From Octopus sinensis (lineage: Eukaryota), in NCBI RefSeq assembly GCF_006345805.1, contig NC_042999.1:145452001-145516000 (forward strand): a stretch of 64,000 bases of DNA. Direction: 5' to 3'. Made by a program: the position numbers and the translations under genes. Positions within the stretch are counted from its first letter, which is position 1. Every line of letters starts with the position of its first letter. Positions 1-12,174 of the stretch are shown here, piece by piece. Below the pieces are notes generated by a model. It made no database searches and was not told where the DNA came from. It saw only the letters and a program-made list of their open reading frames with translations.

Positions 1-24
1 GAGACACTGAAAAACTACGAAGCG

Positions 25-1329
25 GTGACAGGAGCGAAAATCAACCGGGAAAAGTCAGTGGGCTTGCGACTAGGCACCTGGAGAAGCAAGCCCATGCCGT
101 CCACCAGCGCCTCCGTCGTGGGACGCTGGACCGACGGCCCGGTTGAGTTGCTCGGGGTCTGGTTCGGTCCGGACCTCCAAGTGGAGAAGAACTGGAACGA
201 GATAACGAGTAGGGTGGTCACTCTCGCCCGGCAATGGGCCGAGAGGAAACTGTCCCTAAAAGGTCGGGCGGAGGTGGCGAACACGTACATCGCGTCCGTC
301 ATCTACTACCGCCTGACCGTCGTACCTTGTCCCGACCCTACCATCACCAAACTACAACGCATTCCCTTTCGCTTCTTGTGGAAAGGATGCGTCCCGATGG
401 TCAGGCGATCCATTTGCTGTCAACACCCGTTAAAAGGAGGGCTGGGCATGCCGTGGTTGATGATGCGCAGGCACGCGCTGAGACTGCGACATCTCTGGCT
501 CTATGTAGACGACGGTGAACAGGTGTGGTCGCCGTTTGTGAGGCACGCTTTCCCGCAGCTCGTCTCCATGACCGAACTGCAGTCGTGGATCAAAAAGAGG
601 CCGAGGAAGGGCGAATGGCACCGCGAGTGTCGCGTTGCTCTCAAGCAACTCTGCCGTCCTGGGTCGACCTTGAGTGACTTCAACACAACCAAAGCATTCT
701 ATAGGGGTTTAGTGGAGGGGAAGTACGACGACGAGCTCGGGGCGAACCTGGACGTCGACGAGGAGTACCTGACCCGCCTGTTCAGGACGACTTTCGGGCC
801 AGGGCCCATGGACAACTTCCAGAGATCCCTGGCCTGGCAGTGCTACCGAGAAGCGCTACCCGTTCGGGATAAGCTCTACAGTCACGGCTCGAGAAACACG
901 GGGCCGACCTGCCCGAGATGCGGTCAGAGCGACGAAACCGTTCTGCACGCACTCGTGCAGTGTCCAACAATTTCCGACCTGTGCGCTTATGTCGAACGAC
1001 TGCTGTCACGTGTGGAACGAGTCGGTTTATCAGCTGAGTCTATCGTCAATATTGTCACGCCTCCTTCCTTCAAACGGGAAGGAAGAGCTATTTTCAACAT
1101 CCTTGTGGCTATGGCGAAAGAATGTATCTGGTGGACGCGTCTGAAAGGATTGGAGACAAACACTTTCCTCTCTGGTCAATCTCTCATCAACTTCTTCAAG
1201 TACCACTTGAAAAGGAAAGTGAGAGTAGAGAGGCAAGTTTTGTCTAGCGAATGTTTTAAAAAAAGATGGGTGAATGTAGCAAGAATGGCACGTATGAATG
1301 ACGAAGCCACCTTGAGCATGATCCTATGA
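25..1329 (+). CDS. Tx1 ORF2 C-terminal part (post-RT region and CCHC zinc finger), partial
   Basis: 434 aa stop-free frame with LLGVWFG, W..RKLSLKGR, FRFLW, GGLGMP and CPRC..DETVLHALVQC motifs typical of L1/Tx1 ORF2. Confidence 0.88.
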   Translation: MTGAKINREKSVGLRLGTWRSKPMPSTSASVVGRWTDGPVELLGVWFGPDLQVEKNWNEITSRVVTLARQWAERKLSLKGRAEVANTYIASVIYYRLTVVPCPDPTITKLQRIPFRFLWKGCVPMVRRSICCQHPLKGGLGMPWLMMRRHALRLRHLWLYVDDGEQVWSPFVRHAFPQLVSMTELQSWIKKRPRKGEWHRECRVALKQLCRPGSTLSDFNTTKAFYRGLVEGKYDDELGANLDVDEEYLTRLFRTTFGPGPMDNFQRSLAWQCYREALPVRDKLYSHGSRNTGPTCPRCGQSDETVLHALVQCPTISDLCAYVERLLSRVERVGLSAESIVNIVTPPSFKREGRAIFNILVAMAKECIWWTRLKGLETNTFLSGQSLINFFKYHLKRKVRVERQVLSSECFKKRWVNVARMARMNDEATLSMIL

Positions 1330-1406
1330 ACCCAGAAATTGAAAACAGAGAGTTGCTTATTCGCGAAAAAAAAAAAAAAGAAATATAACATGTGACTCCA
1401 TTGACC

Positions 1407-1456
1407 GAGGTTACCGTGGTCTTTTCCGTAGGCTTTTCTTTCCACGGGTAAACCTC
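1407..1456 (+). promoter_or_regulatory. U-rich internal-loop hairpin (ENE-like) in Tx1 3' UTR
   Basis: GAGGTTA-CCGTGG/TCTTTT/CC-GTA-GG/CTTTTCTTT/CCACGG-GTAAACCTC; identical at 58288-58337. Confidence 0.6.
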
Positions 1457-1699
1457 ACCTGTCCCCCCCTTTACACTTCATATTGACATTTCTGTGATAA
1501 CGATCCCTATTGATCAATTTTTTTTTTCCTCTCCCCCTTTTTTTTAACCCCCCTTTTTTTTGTCCTCTTTCTCTCCTTTTACGATCCCTTTTGATCGAAA
1601 CTCCCCCTTCCCTTTTTTTTAAACCTTCAAAAGAAAAGCTCTACCTTGTAATTTGTTCTATCTGTGTGCAGCCCTGTGTGGCTAATAAAGAAACATATA

Positions 1700-1738
<39 letters not shown>

Positions 1739-1770
1739 CTATGTGTGTATGTGTGTGCATGTGTGTGTGT
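1700..1770. repeat. (GTCT)n/(GT)n microsatellite at the Tx1 3' junction
   Basis: Directly visible. Confidence 0.9.
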
Positions 1771-3881
1771 GCATTACTTAACCTTCACCTTAAACTAGGA
1801 ATTAGTTAGCCCACTGATTTTTCCAGCGTTTTCCTTTCCAACTGTTAAACACTAAGATTACTTCCGGACTCTCTTGTACTTAATGGACCCTGAGAAGCAT
1901 CGGTATTATTTGTCGATTAAATGGACCCATATACTTCATTTTACTTCATTTTAACGACCTCGTATGGGAAAAAAAGACAAATTTAACCTCCGTGACATAT
2001 ACACTGACTATGTAGACAGGAATTAAATACCGCAATGCACTCTCAAAAGCCGTAATGATTCTTTCAATCCGCCGCCAGAAACTCTTTTAAAAGTTGTGCT
2101 CTTTAACAGTAAATTAATCAACCTTATGCTACACAATCCAAATATAATTATATACTTTCTGAAATCTATTTTTCGATCTGCAACAATATGTTTCTCAACA
2201 ACAGACTTACAAATGCTGTCATATATTCATTTGTTTTCGTTGGAAAAATGTCAAACGAATCATGAATCTGAGCCAACTGATACGTTATTAATACAATGCA
2301 GTTAAGTCCAGTAGAGAAGCTTAAGTATGCTTGGATTCATAAACGTGTTCGTGTGCGCGCGCGCGCACACACACACACACCACTGATCATGCGTATGTGT
2401 ACATGCACTCACGTAGATACATATAACTATATAAAATAACATGCTCGCATACACTCATTCATTTTGTTAGCCATCAGTCTCTGCCCGCTTTGAATTTATC
2501 AGTGCTGTCATCCAGGAGTGTTCAAACTGAGTCGAATTCCACATGCCCTTGCATGTGTTGAGCAGCACACATATATGATGGTTGTGTTGCCAGCATGGAC
2601 CAGTTTTCGCCTGTTCCTTTCTTGTAGTCAATCTACGATATTGACTACAAATGAGCACTAGCTATCACGGTCTTTTTGTTAGTTTTCCTCCGCTAAATAC
2701 AGAGTATATTTCACTGTTTGATAATGACATCTGTATAGCCTTTTTTTTTACCTCCCTAATGTCTGTGCCTAGTTTCTTTCTCGGAAGGAAATACTGCCTA
2801 AGGTAGTTCGATCTCGGATATACACACACCGTCTTCTCAGTTATGCTTTGGTTACCAAGCATTCAATGCCAGCAAACTTTATTTGCCGTAGAACCTGATC
2901 GTTGGCCAGCAATTCAAATTATAAATTTCTCCTGTCTACGTGCCGTAGTCATTATAGATAGAAGGTTTCTAGTTGCGTTTTTTTTATCTCCTCCATAAAG
3001 TCTAGCTTTCACAGCAACAAACAAGAGAAGATACAAACATTGCTTCCTACACATCACGTTTGATATGATGGACATATTCTTATTGCCGTAGATGAACTTT
3101 CGTATATTCAAATTGACCTTGTGTCATCTCTTCTCTATTATTTGGAGGAAATATTTAAAATGAATATTCCTAAGTCTTTGTAATATTCAGTAGATTGCAG
3201 TACGATGCTGCTGACGATCTGATAACGATGGTTGAATTGGAAACTGGAATCGGACTTCCGTCGATCAACTTTTAATTTAATGTCATGCTTGTTTACTCAC
3301 AATATTGGACGAATGCACTGGCGTGATTCAAATTTATTCACAGAAAATGCTTGAGAAAATTCAACTTCAGAAAATGTATACTTATGCATACATGCACAAA
3401 CAATAAGTTACTCACTTAGCTCCACAGACATACGCACACATGCAAACACAAATAAACAGAATCAATCACACGCATTTTATGCATACATTCATACATACAT
3501 AAATGCATACATATATATATATGTCAGTGATTGGCAGTTCGCGTTGGTATCATTTCACTGTGAGTCTTTGTATGGAGCGTTGAATCTCGTGTAATAGTAA
3601 TAGTAGTGCGTCGTGTATATACTTTCTTCCCCCTGCTTCGTTTTATCATATACCCAATACTAGCATATAAAAGAGGCGACGTGTTGTTCGAAGCCTGCGC
3701 TAGACGTTTAATTTCTTTATATTTTGGTACGAAACCAAAGGAAAAATCGTTTTAACAAGGAAGACGTACTGGTCTCCGTGTGCAGTTGTAATAGCAATAG
3801 CAGCAGCAGCAACAACAACAATAGTTACCGTAGCAACTACAGCAGCAGCATCAAGAGCAGAAACAACAACAAAACCAACAT

Positions 3882-4550
3882 TTGCTGGAATTAATGCTGA
3901 AGAAGTCTGAAAATACTTCATGTTTATACTCTCCAGACAGCATAGCAAACTCAATTGAAGAATTCAGCAATAAACCAGAAGAGATTACCTTCTCTGCATA
4001 TTTTTGTAGATACGAAGAAATATTCAAAGATGAGTGTAAAAGTTGGTCCGACAAGAAAGAAGTACGATTACTTTTAAGGAAGTTATCCCCTGCACGAAAA
4101 ATATAGTAATTATATTCTCCCGAAGAAACCAGGTGAGATTTGTTTCGATGAAACAATATTTTATCGCAAATTTTCAGTGAAAGAAGTTCCCTGTTCAATA
4201 CTTGCTGGCAATGTTTAAATTTGGTAAAAAAGATGATAAAGATTTCGTCACCTGTGCCAGATTGTATAACAGAGTGAGAAATTCATATTGAACGAGTTGG
4301 TTCCGGACATGTTCAAGTCTTTAATTTTTGTTCAAGGGCTTACTGCAAACAAAGATGCAGATATACGTTCCCGGATATTCACAAAATTAGAACAGGACCA
4401 AAATTTAACTGTACAGGCATTAATTAAAGAATGACAGAGGATTATTAATCTATGACATGACGCAAATAAAATTGAAGAGATTGTTCTCAGATTCAAGCGT
4501 GTCGACCGGTAACGTATAAGAAAATAAACAAAAAATATCAAGACCGAATC
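3882..4550 (+). pseudogene. gag-like remnant of the LTR element
   Basis: TFSAYFCRYEEIF..ECKSW.DKKEVRLLLRKL, continuing across frameshifts to KDADIRSRIFTKLEQD. Confidence 0.7.
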
Positions 4551-4738
4551 CATGTTACGGGTGCGGTGGCCTACATTTTAAAAATAACTCTCCATTTAAA
4601 AATATGAAATGCTACAAGTGTAGTAAAATACGCTATAAAATGTTGCATTGAACGTAAAAAAACGGTTCAATAGGAAAAATCGCGTAAACAGATTATCGGT
4701 GACAAAAAATTCGAACGAGCCTAAAAAAAAAAAAAATT

Positions 4739-5160
4739 GTGAATGTAAAAATTAATAACACAAACGTAAAGTTACAGTTGGATATAGGCAGCGACATCTC
4801 AAAAATTAACACAGATACATGGAAAAAGATCGGGAGACCTAAATTTAATGAAACCTTGCAAATTGCTCGTTGTGTTTCAGGAAAAATATTATATTTTAAG
4901 GGCGAATTGGTAACATCACATTTCGTGAAAAAATCCTAATGGCTAAAGCTCTTGTGGATGGAATCGTTCAATTTATGGGACCTCCCCATAAATCTTTTCT
5001 GTAAAAACATGAATGGTTTTTCCTTCGGTACAGATAAGTCGTCAGACGAAATGAAGAGAAAATTCAAAAATATTTTTCCTGAGTTACTGTCTGATAAATT
5101 AGATCTGTGTACCAAAACGAAGACACAGTTTCAAATGTAAGAAAATACCATACCGACATA
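4739..5160 (+). pseudogene. Retroviral-type aspartic protease remnant and linker toward RT
   Basis: VKINNTNVKLQLDIGSDISKIN (decayed D-T/S-G motif); LWMESFNLWD; LDLCTKTK; RT itself deleted. Confidence 0.7.
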
Positions 5161-5472
5161 AAAAAAAAAAAACTGCACCGTTCGCCGCGTTAGAACAGAT
5201 AAATTTAGAGAGACTAGAAAAAATTGTAATTATCTAAATGGGAAGCTGCAGCTGTGTTCGTTAAGAAAAAGAGTGATAAAATCAGAGTGTAGCGATTTTT
5301 TTTCTACTGGAAATGAACCCAAGGCGTAAGAGATAAGGGGCTGTTAATTCTAAAAAAGGGAGATTTTGTGGAAAGATTCCGACCAACACCAAGTGACTAA
5401 AGGTGGACTGACTCATTGCTATAAAATAAAAGACTGTCAGTGATTGCCAGTTCGTGTGATAGCAATTTTCTG

Positions 5473-6577
5473 TTAAATCATTTTGATTCCTGTGGACATA
5501 AGTCGTATTGTTGTATATTTGTTGAAGGATAACCTATAATTTGTTGAATTACTGTTACTGTTTTTTACCTACGGGCTTGTAATTTTGTATTTGTTTTCTT
5601 CCCCATTTATGGGTGAAGTAGAGAAGGATAGAAGGATAGAGTGCGAACCAGTTATGCGTCGGTCACTGGTAAAGTTTTACCGACGCTTTGGAGGTTCAAG
5701 AGGTAAAAGTTGAACCAAAGAAGTTGAAAGAGTGCAACAAGTTAATTAAGAGGGAAGGAACTAATTTGATGTTGACCCCACCAGAAGAGATAATGAGCAG
5801 CGTTGCAAAACGAACCGTGAAAATACTGTCCACATCATCAAAGAAGATAGAAATTGCTACAATAGAAACAATCGAGGTGAGGTTCGCGAACGGAGAAGAT
5901 GCGATAAATCACTCCACTGTGGCAGTAAGGACGCAAGAGTGGGTACTTCTTCCAACTTACTGTGACAATCGAGTGGCCAGAGTAAGGATATGCAGAGTAC
6001 CCTTGGAGATTAAAGAGGCATGGCTGGTAGCAGCCGTAATGCACAATGTAGAGGAAGAGACTAAGATATTAAAAGTAACAATGACTAAAGAGGTGAACTG
6101 GTGGAGTTATAGCCTTGAAATGGCCCTACAAGTAAGTCTACATGAAATAACGGAAGAAATAATATTGCCGGACGAGTGAGATTGACAGTGTGGTGGAGGG
6201 TAGACCACCAACATGTTACGAATGTGGAGAAAAAGGGCATATGAAAGCAAGGTGCTCCAGAAAAAAATTTAAATAAAGAGGACCAGAAACAACAGAGTAC
6301 TGAACAAGACCAGAATGCTGAAGTGGCGGTACTAGAAGGTGAGACTATAAAGACGATGCTGGAGGGGTGGGGGAAGAGAAAGAAAATGATTAAAACCGTA
6401 TGTTAAAACAGTTAAGTGGTACTGCTTGAGAGTGAGGCTCAATGCAACCATTTCATTATCATTAATTTTATACATCTTTCATTTCATTCGTTTTGTGTTT
6501 TTCTCCCCACTGTGGTGTTCTGTCTGTCCTTGTATTGTCCCCTCTGTATTATGGCCTAAGTGCTAAATAAAGAATCA
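5473..6577 (+). mobile_element. Tx1-like ORF1-only (non-autonomous) element inserted in the 3' LTR
   Basis: ORF 5688-6179, then frameshifted EGRPPT-CYECGEKGHMKARC (CX2CX4HX4C, 6196-6255). Aligns by eye to family B ORF1; ends GCTAAATAAAGAA. Confidence 0.72.
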
Positions 6578-7039
6578 TCGTATTGGTAGCAGTTCACTGT
6601 ATATCTTTGAATTAGAGCGTTGAGTCTCGTGTAATAGTAATAGTAGTGCGTCGTGTACATACTTCTTCCATCTGCTTCGTTATATTATATATCCAGTACT
6701 AAGATATAAATATTTGTGTATGTGTGTGTCAGTATGTGTTTGTGTGTCTGTGCGTGTATGTACACACAACACTCTCGGTCTCATAAGTAGACAACCATAC
6801 GATTTAAATGCTCACCCATGCTAGATATTTTTACGGTTTAGATACAAGTATAGATTACAAGAAAGAGTCTGTTTCAAGACGAGTTCCAAAGGTTCAATTT
6901 TTAATTAATTAATTAGAAGAGAAAGGACACTACCCACAGCCGTTTGCAGGGTCTCTAAGAGAGTCAAAAAGCATGCAACGGAGTGAATGACTCGCGGTTT
7001 AACCTAAGAATTTCAGGCTGTCTTGATGGATATGGTATT

Positions 7040-7330
7040 CTTTTCACAATCGTATGGTCGTGAGTTGGATTCGCGGTGGCGCGTTGTTTCCTTGAGCAAG
7101 ATACTTTATTTCACGTTGCTCTTGTCCAATTAACTGTCAAAAATGACTTGTACATATATTTCAAAGGCTTAACCTGTCCCATTCTGTGTGACGCTGAATC
7201 TCCCTGAGAACTAGGTTAAGGATTTGCGCGTCTGTGGAGTGCTTAGTCACGCGTTAGTTTCACGAGCAAGCTGTTCCGTTGATGGGATAAACTGAAACTC
7301 TTGTCGTTATAACCGATGGAGTGCCAGCAT
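7040..7330 (+). mobile_element. Decayed SINE (CCTTGAGCAAGATACTTTATTTCACGTTGCTC core)
   Basis: Degenerate B-box-like GAGTTGGATTC followed by a core typical of tRNA-derived SINEs; recognised from memory only. Confidence 0.5.
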
Positions 7331-7332
7331 AG

Positions 7333-8229
7333 TACTTGGTGGTATCAAAACATTCCCGGACTGGTTCTGTAGCGCGCCAACAGAAGGCGGCACACTGTTA
7401 CGTTCGTGGTGAGGGATGGTAATGACCTTCATCAGGCATTGTGCCGAGTGACATCACTCTGTTTACTTTGCAAGTTGTGAAATTTGTGTTTTTTAGATCT
7501 CGTGTACGCTGTTGTCTGCGAATTTTGTCAGGGACGAGAAGTTGTAATAAAAAGAACTAGCGTGAAATTTTGTGTTAAACTTGCGAGGTCAGCTACAAAC
7601 GTTGAGCATGTTTTGGTAAGTTTACGGCTACGAGGCAATGGGTCGTACGCAACGTTTCAATGGCGCACGACAGAACTGCAGCTCAACCAAGAATATGCTC
7701 ATCGTGTTTTAGACATCTGCGGTATTGTGCATCGAGAATTCGTCCTCTATGGTCAGACAATGAATCGAGAGTTCTACTGTAACGTTTTGAAGCATTTGTA
7801 GGAGGATGTTCGGCGAAAGCGACCGAATCTTTAGCGCGAAGAATTAGATTCTTCATGACGACAATGCGCCCTGTTATCGAGCTCTCTTTCTTCTCGTGCT
7901 TCTCGCTAGAAACAAGATGGTAGCGCTTCTGCACTCACCCTATTCGCCAGATTTAGCCCCTGTGGACTTCCATCTCTTCCCCAAGAAGAAAATGTCGCTC
8001 AAATGTCGCTATTTTAACACTGTTGTCGAAATCCAGAATTGCAGAAGGTCCTCGATTCGCTTACGGAAAACGATTTCCAGGCAGGATTCCAAAAGTGGCA
8101 GGAACGTCGAGACCGCTATATTGGTGCGTGAGATGACTGTTTCGAAGGAGATGATGTTAAAACTTAAGGAAATAAGTTTTTTTTTTATTAAACATAATTA
8201 GTCCGAGAACCTTTTGATACCACCTCCTA
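7333..8229 (+). mobile_element. Tc1/mariner relic, internally deleted
   Basis: TA-flanked ~28 bp TIRs (GGTGGTATCAAAA..TTC.CGGACT); ILHDDNAPC and YSPDLAPVDFHLFPK motifs with stops and frameshifts. Confidence 0.9.
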
Positions 8230-9012
8230 TATCTCTGAAAGATTTTTAGTCAAGATGGAAAGATTTTCCAAAATGCGCAACGTACTTGTTATTGTATGAA
8301 GTGGGCAGTGTCTATTAGACTTCGGGATATAGGGACCAATTGCAAGTTTCAAACCACGAAGCTCGGAAAATCTAGCGCTCCATGCTCTTACTATACATCT
8401 GAGCGCAGGGAAAATAGGAAAGTGTTGCAGTTTGATTGAACGAAATTAAATGATCATAAGGAGATGAAGGATAAATATAACGAGTAACGGAAGTAGTGAT
8501 GAAGAGATAGATAGATAAAGGGAAAGATAGAGGGAGATATATAGAGGTAGATAAATAGATAAAGATAGAGCTAGATATAAGGATAGATAGATAGATAGAC
8601 AGAGAGAGGGCGAGTGACAGAGACAGAGAGATGGAAATCTATAAGTAACAAGTATTGTAGAGGGAAGTAGAAATAACCAATATCTTTGGGAAGAAAGAAG
8701 GAAAGCTGTTGTGGAAATAAGAAAAGAGGCCCACAGAGAATAGCAGGGTGAAAAAAGCATATTGAAACAAAAAACTTATTTAAAGACATTGAAGGACATG
8801 GTTCCATAAAAATCTAGTTTTATAGTGTCAGCGTGTAGTGATGGTTTGTATTCTGTCAGAGATGCCATACAGTGCGTGGAGACATTTTATCAGTTAGATT
8901 CATACAAAAGCAAAACTTGTTTTCATTATCGAGTATTTATTAATTTCAAGCGCTGTGATAGATGCTATGATGCTATCATTAATATTAGAGACAAAGTCAG
9001 GCGCCGTGTAGA

Positions 9013-9013
9013 G

Positions 9014-9044
<31 letters not shown>

Positions 9045-9146
9045 GTATTATGTATGTATGTATGTTATGTATGTATGTATGTTATGCATATATGTATGTT
9101 ATGCATATATGTATGTATGTATGTTATGCATATATGTATGTTATGC

Positions 9147-9179
<33 letters not shown>

Positions 9180-9427
9180 TGTATGTATGTATGTATGTAT
9201 GTATGTATGTGTGTATGACTGTGTGTATGTGCACGCGTGTATTACATACAATTAGAATACTGGCATATAACCAATATTGAATCTTCCAAAATCCAATACC
9301 ACACACATATGTGTGTATATGTGTTTGTATGTATGGATGTACACACACACACTCTCTCTCTCACCCTCTTTCTCTTTCACAGACACATATATATATGTAT
9401 GTGTGTATGTGTGTGTGCGTGCGTGTG

Positions 9428-9458
<31 letters not shown>

Positions 9459-9460
9459 AC
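9013..9460. repeat. Compound (TA)n/(TATG)n/(CA)n/(TG)n microsatellite block
   Basis: Directly visible. Confidence 0.9.
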
Positions 9461-11654
9461 AAGCCAATTAACGAGAATATTTAATAACAATGAAATAAAT
9501 CACGCCAAGAGCTATCGGGAGAGAGGGACTTGAGTCTAAAACCGATAGTTGATGCATATTAATAAAACGTATCGATTATATCACGTTGAAGATGAAAACA
9601 GCGTCATTATTTATCAATCAACATTTTAGCATGTGGTTGATGACTTCTTGTTTCTACGGTGTTGGTGGCTTAGTAAAATGTGTAGGGTCGTTTATGTACA
9701 GCACGAATAAACGTTCCTTAGAGAAAAAAACTGGAAAAATCGAATAAAACTCAAAGAAAATTAAACAAACGCTTGCATAGTAAAAACAATTGCTGGATAT
9801 CTTCGACTATCGTAAGAGAATAACGAATTTCAAAAGTCGATCTGTGCCATAGATATTTATATATACCAAGATTCTGCTTCTTGAATATTCCATGGTTTTT
9901 AGCTAAATAGTAACTATAAATTTTGGCTAATTAATTAATCTAACTTCGATATTTCTTATGATAGGAATATTCTGGCAAAATTTGTTTGCATAAAAAATGT
10001 TCTTAGTATGTCTGCGAATAATGACTTAATTTACATATTATCATGATAAGTTTAGTGCTTGTGCCTATAGTAAAAAAATATATCATTCTGATTAATATTT
10101 CATGATCTTTATCACTTGCACTTGTCGTGTTCTTTAGAAATTGGTTCGCTTTGTATATAACCCGTAGGTATATATTCGACTTTCTTCAGTTATTTATCGC
10201 ACTATATCACTTACTAACCTTTTACAATCCCTGAAATGAGTATATAGCTGATGGAAACAACGACGTTGTTAACAGACTTAACAAGGACAGTCGACTTTGG
10301 ATTTCTATATTCCTATATTCCTATATTTTGATTTTGGATTTCTCTCCGTTTTTGGAAATATACATATACATAGACAAACGCGTGGGCACACACAACCGCG
10401 CACACACGCACACATGTGTTGGGGCAACGTTAATGATTCTCTTTATACTTATTCATATTTTGAAACAAAGCAATCAAATCGGCTATTTCAGACAAAATGA
10501 ATAAATGAATCCTGCCAATATAGTCGACGATATATAAGGCCACTATAACAATTGATGACAATACACAAGAAAATTATACTGGACTCACACACAACGCATA
10601 CACATTATCTTCATTAAGATCGTTTCGATTAATCCTTTATGACTCTTAATTAATACTTAATGATTCTGAAGACTCTATAGTAGTCATGATTGTTTAGAAG
10701 ATGACCGTTCTATTCGTCGTGCAGTTTTATCACATTTTACATAAATATTACACATTAACTCACTAATCTAGCGACGGTTATATTTGCGTATTTCAACAGC
10801 TCAGTATTGCTCAGTAACTCGACGTGAAATCGCAAACCTCCGACTTGAAGGCTAACACTTTATCTACCGAGTAATTCCTTTGTGATCTTAATAAATATTA
10901 CTAGAGTGATTATGTTATTTTTGAGACCCCCACCCAGTAAGATAAAGAAACGAAAAATCTAATAATTCTACAGGAAATTCGAACAATATTTAATTGAAGT
11001 TTGAATTCTATGAAAGGAAGTAGTAATTTTATCGATTATTGACGAATATAAAGTGCAGTAATTAATTAGTAACAACAAAAACATCAACAACAAATTATCA
11101 TTATATTTAAAAATAAAGGGAAAAAGTCATGTATCAAATGTATAATCTATACTTGAGCTTTTTCAGGACAGTAAACTCTTGAAAGGAAATTTGAATGATT
11201 ATAATTATTTAAAAATTACTGTATTAATTGTTGAAGCACAAAATTAGTGCGCTTTTCATATTTATTTTCCATTTTCAGAAAAAAAGAGAAAGTGGCTTTC
11301 CCATGAAAGTAGGGCACAGCTTATTGAATTAATCGCAATCTGTATGTATGATTGTATATGTATGTAAATATGTTTGTGTGTATGGTGTGTATGTATGCTA
11401 TTTGCTTGGTACTTTAAATTGATCCGAACAAACTGCAATTAAATAATGAAAAACATAAAATTGTAAACAGATGTAAGCACAATACAATCATACTTAAATT
11501 GTATTATTCAAAGAAAACCTGATTTCCATATATTCGTATAGACACACACCTATACACATATACACACATATATACATGTGTTAATGAATATATATATATA
11601 AATAATATATTTATATGCATACATAGCTACGTATATGTACATACTTTTACATAT

Positions 11655-11706
<52 letters not shown>

Positions 11707-12099
11707 GCATATGTGGGCACAGGACGTCACAAAACGTGTACAACAAAAAATACGAAAGAAACAAATGGAAAACAACATAAAAACGGACCATTCATCAGTT
11801 GTTGGCTGTTTTCTACTCTCGTATATCGAGCATTTAACAACAACAATATATATATATATATAATATATATATATATACAATAAAATATTAGGGAATAAAT
11901 CCAAACTTACAGGGAAAAATCAGATTTAGGATTAAATCCAATTTTATAGTAAAATATTATGTTATATTAAATTAGAGATAAAACCACTATTAGGCAAATC
12001 AAACAATGAAAAACATAAGCCAATACATAAAATTAATTAATTTATATTATTTTAAATATATACCAAAAGTATTAAAAGTTTAATAAAAGATAATGAGTA

Positions 12100-12174
12100 A
12101 AACACTACGATCGTTTCATGGCTGTCCAATACGTAATAATTCGAGTTATGGTTACAGTCAATCTTCAGGTAATT
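12100..12174 (-). ncRNA. Type I hammerhead ribozyme motif, decayed
   Basis: Minus strand: AATTAC-CTGAAGA-TTGACTGT..ACAGCCAT-GAAA-CGATCG-TA-GTGTTT; mismatches in stems I and II. Confidence 0.6.

Larger units (their letters stand above)
1..1694 (+). mobile_element. L1/Tx1-clade non-LTR retrotransposon, family A, 3' portion (runs off window start)
   Basis: Open ORF2 C-terminal half followed by a ~365 nt 3' UTR ending GCTAATAAAGAAAC; closely similar second copy at 56181-58633. Confidence 0.92.
3522..6710 (+). mobile_element. Internally deleted Ty3/Gypsy LTR retrotransposon
   Basis: LTR-like sequence at 3522-3670 recurs at ~5435-5472 plus 6578-6710. PBS-like GAGGCGACG at ~3673; purine tract AAAAAAGGGAGA at 5352-5363; decayed gag and protease between. 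Confidence 0.75.

Noticed and set aside
2622-2650. 11 bp hairpin TTGTAGTCAAT/ATTGACTACAA
   Set aside because: Isolated, too short for a miRNA precursor, plausible by chance in 64 kb.
8446-9533. ORFs such as MYVCMYV.., YIYIY.. and CVCVCV.. here and throughout (22.7-23.1, 38.0, 51.1-52.1, 55.9, 63.6 kb)
   Set aside because: Translations of microsatellites; no coding signal.
10135-10195. Minus-strand CTGAAGA with TATATA hairpin and GAAC; also a GCAAACGGCTGTGGG string near 6930-6950
   Set aside because: Core incomplete and stem I absent; too decayed to call.
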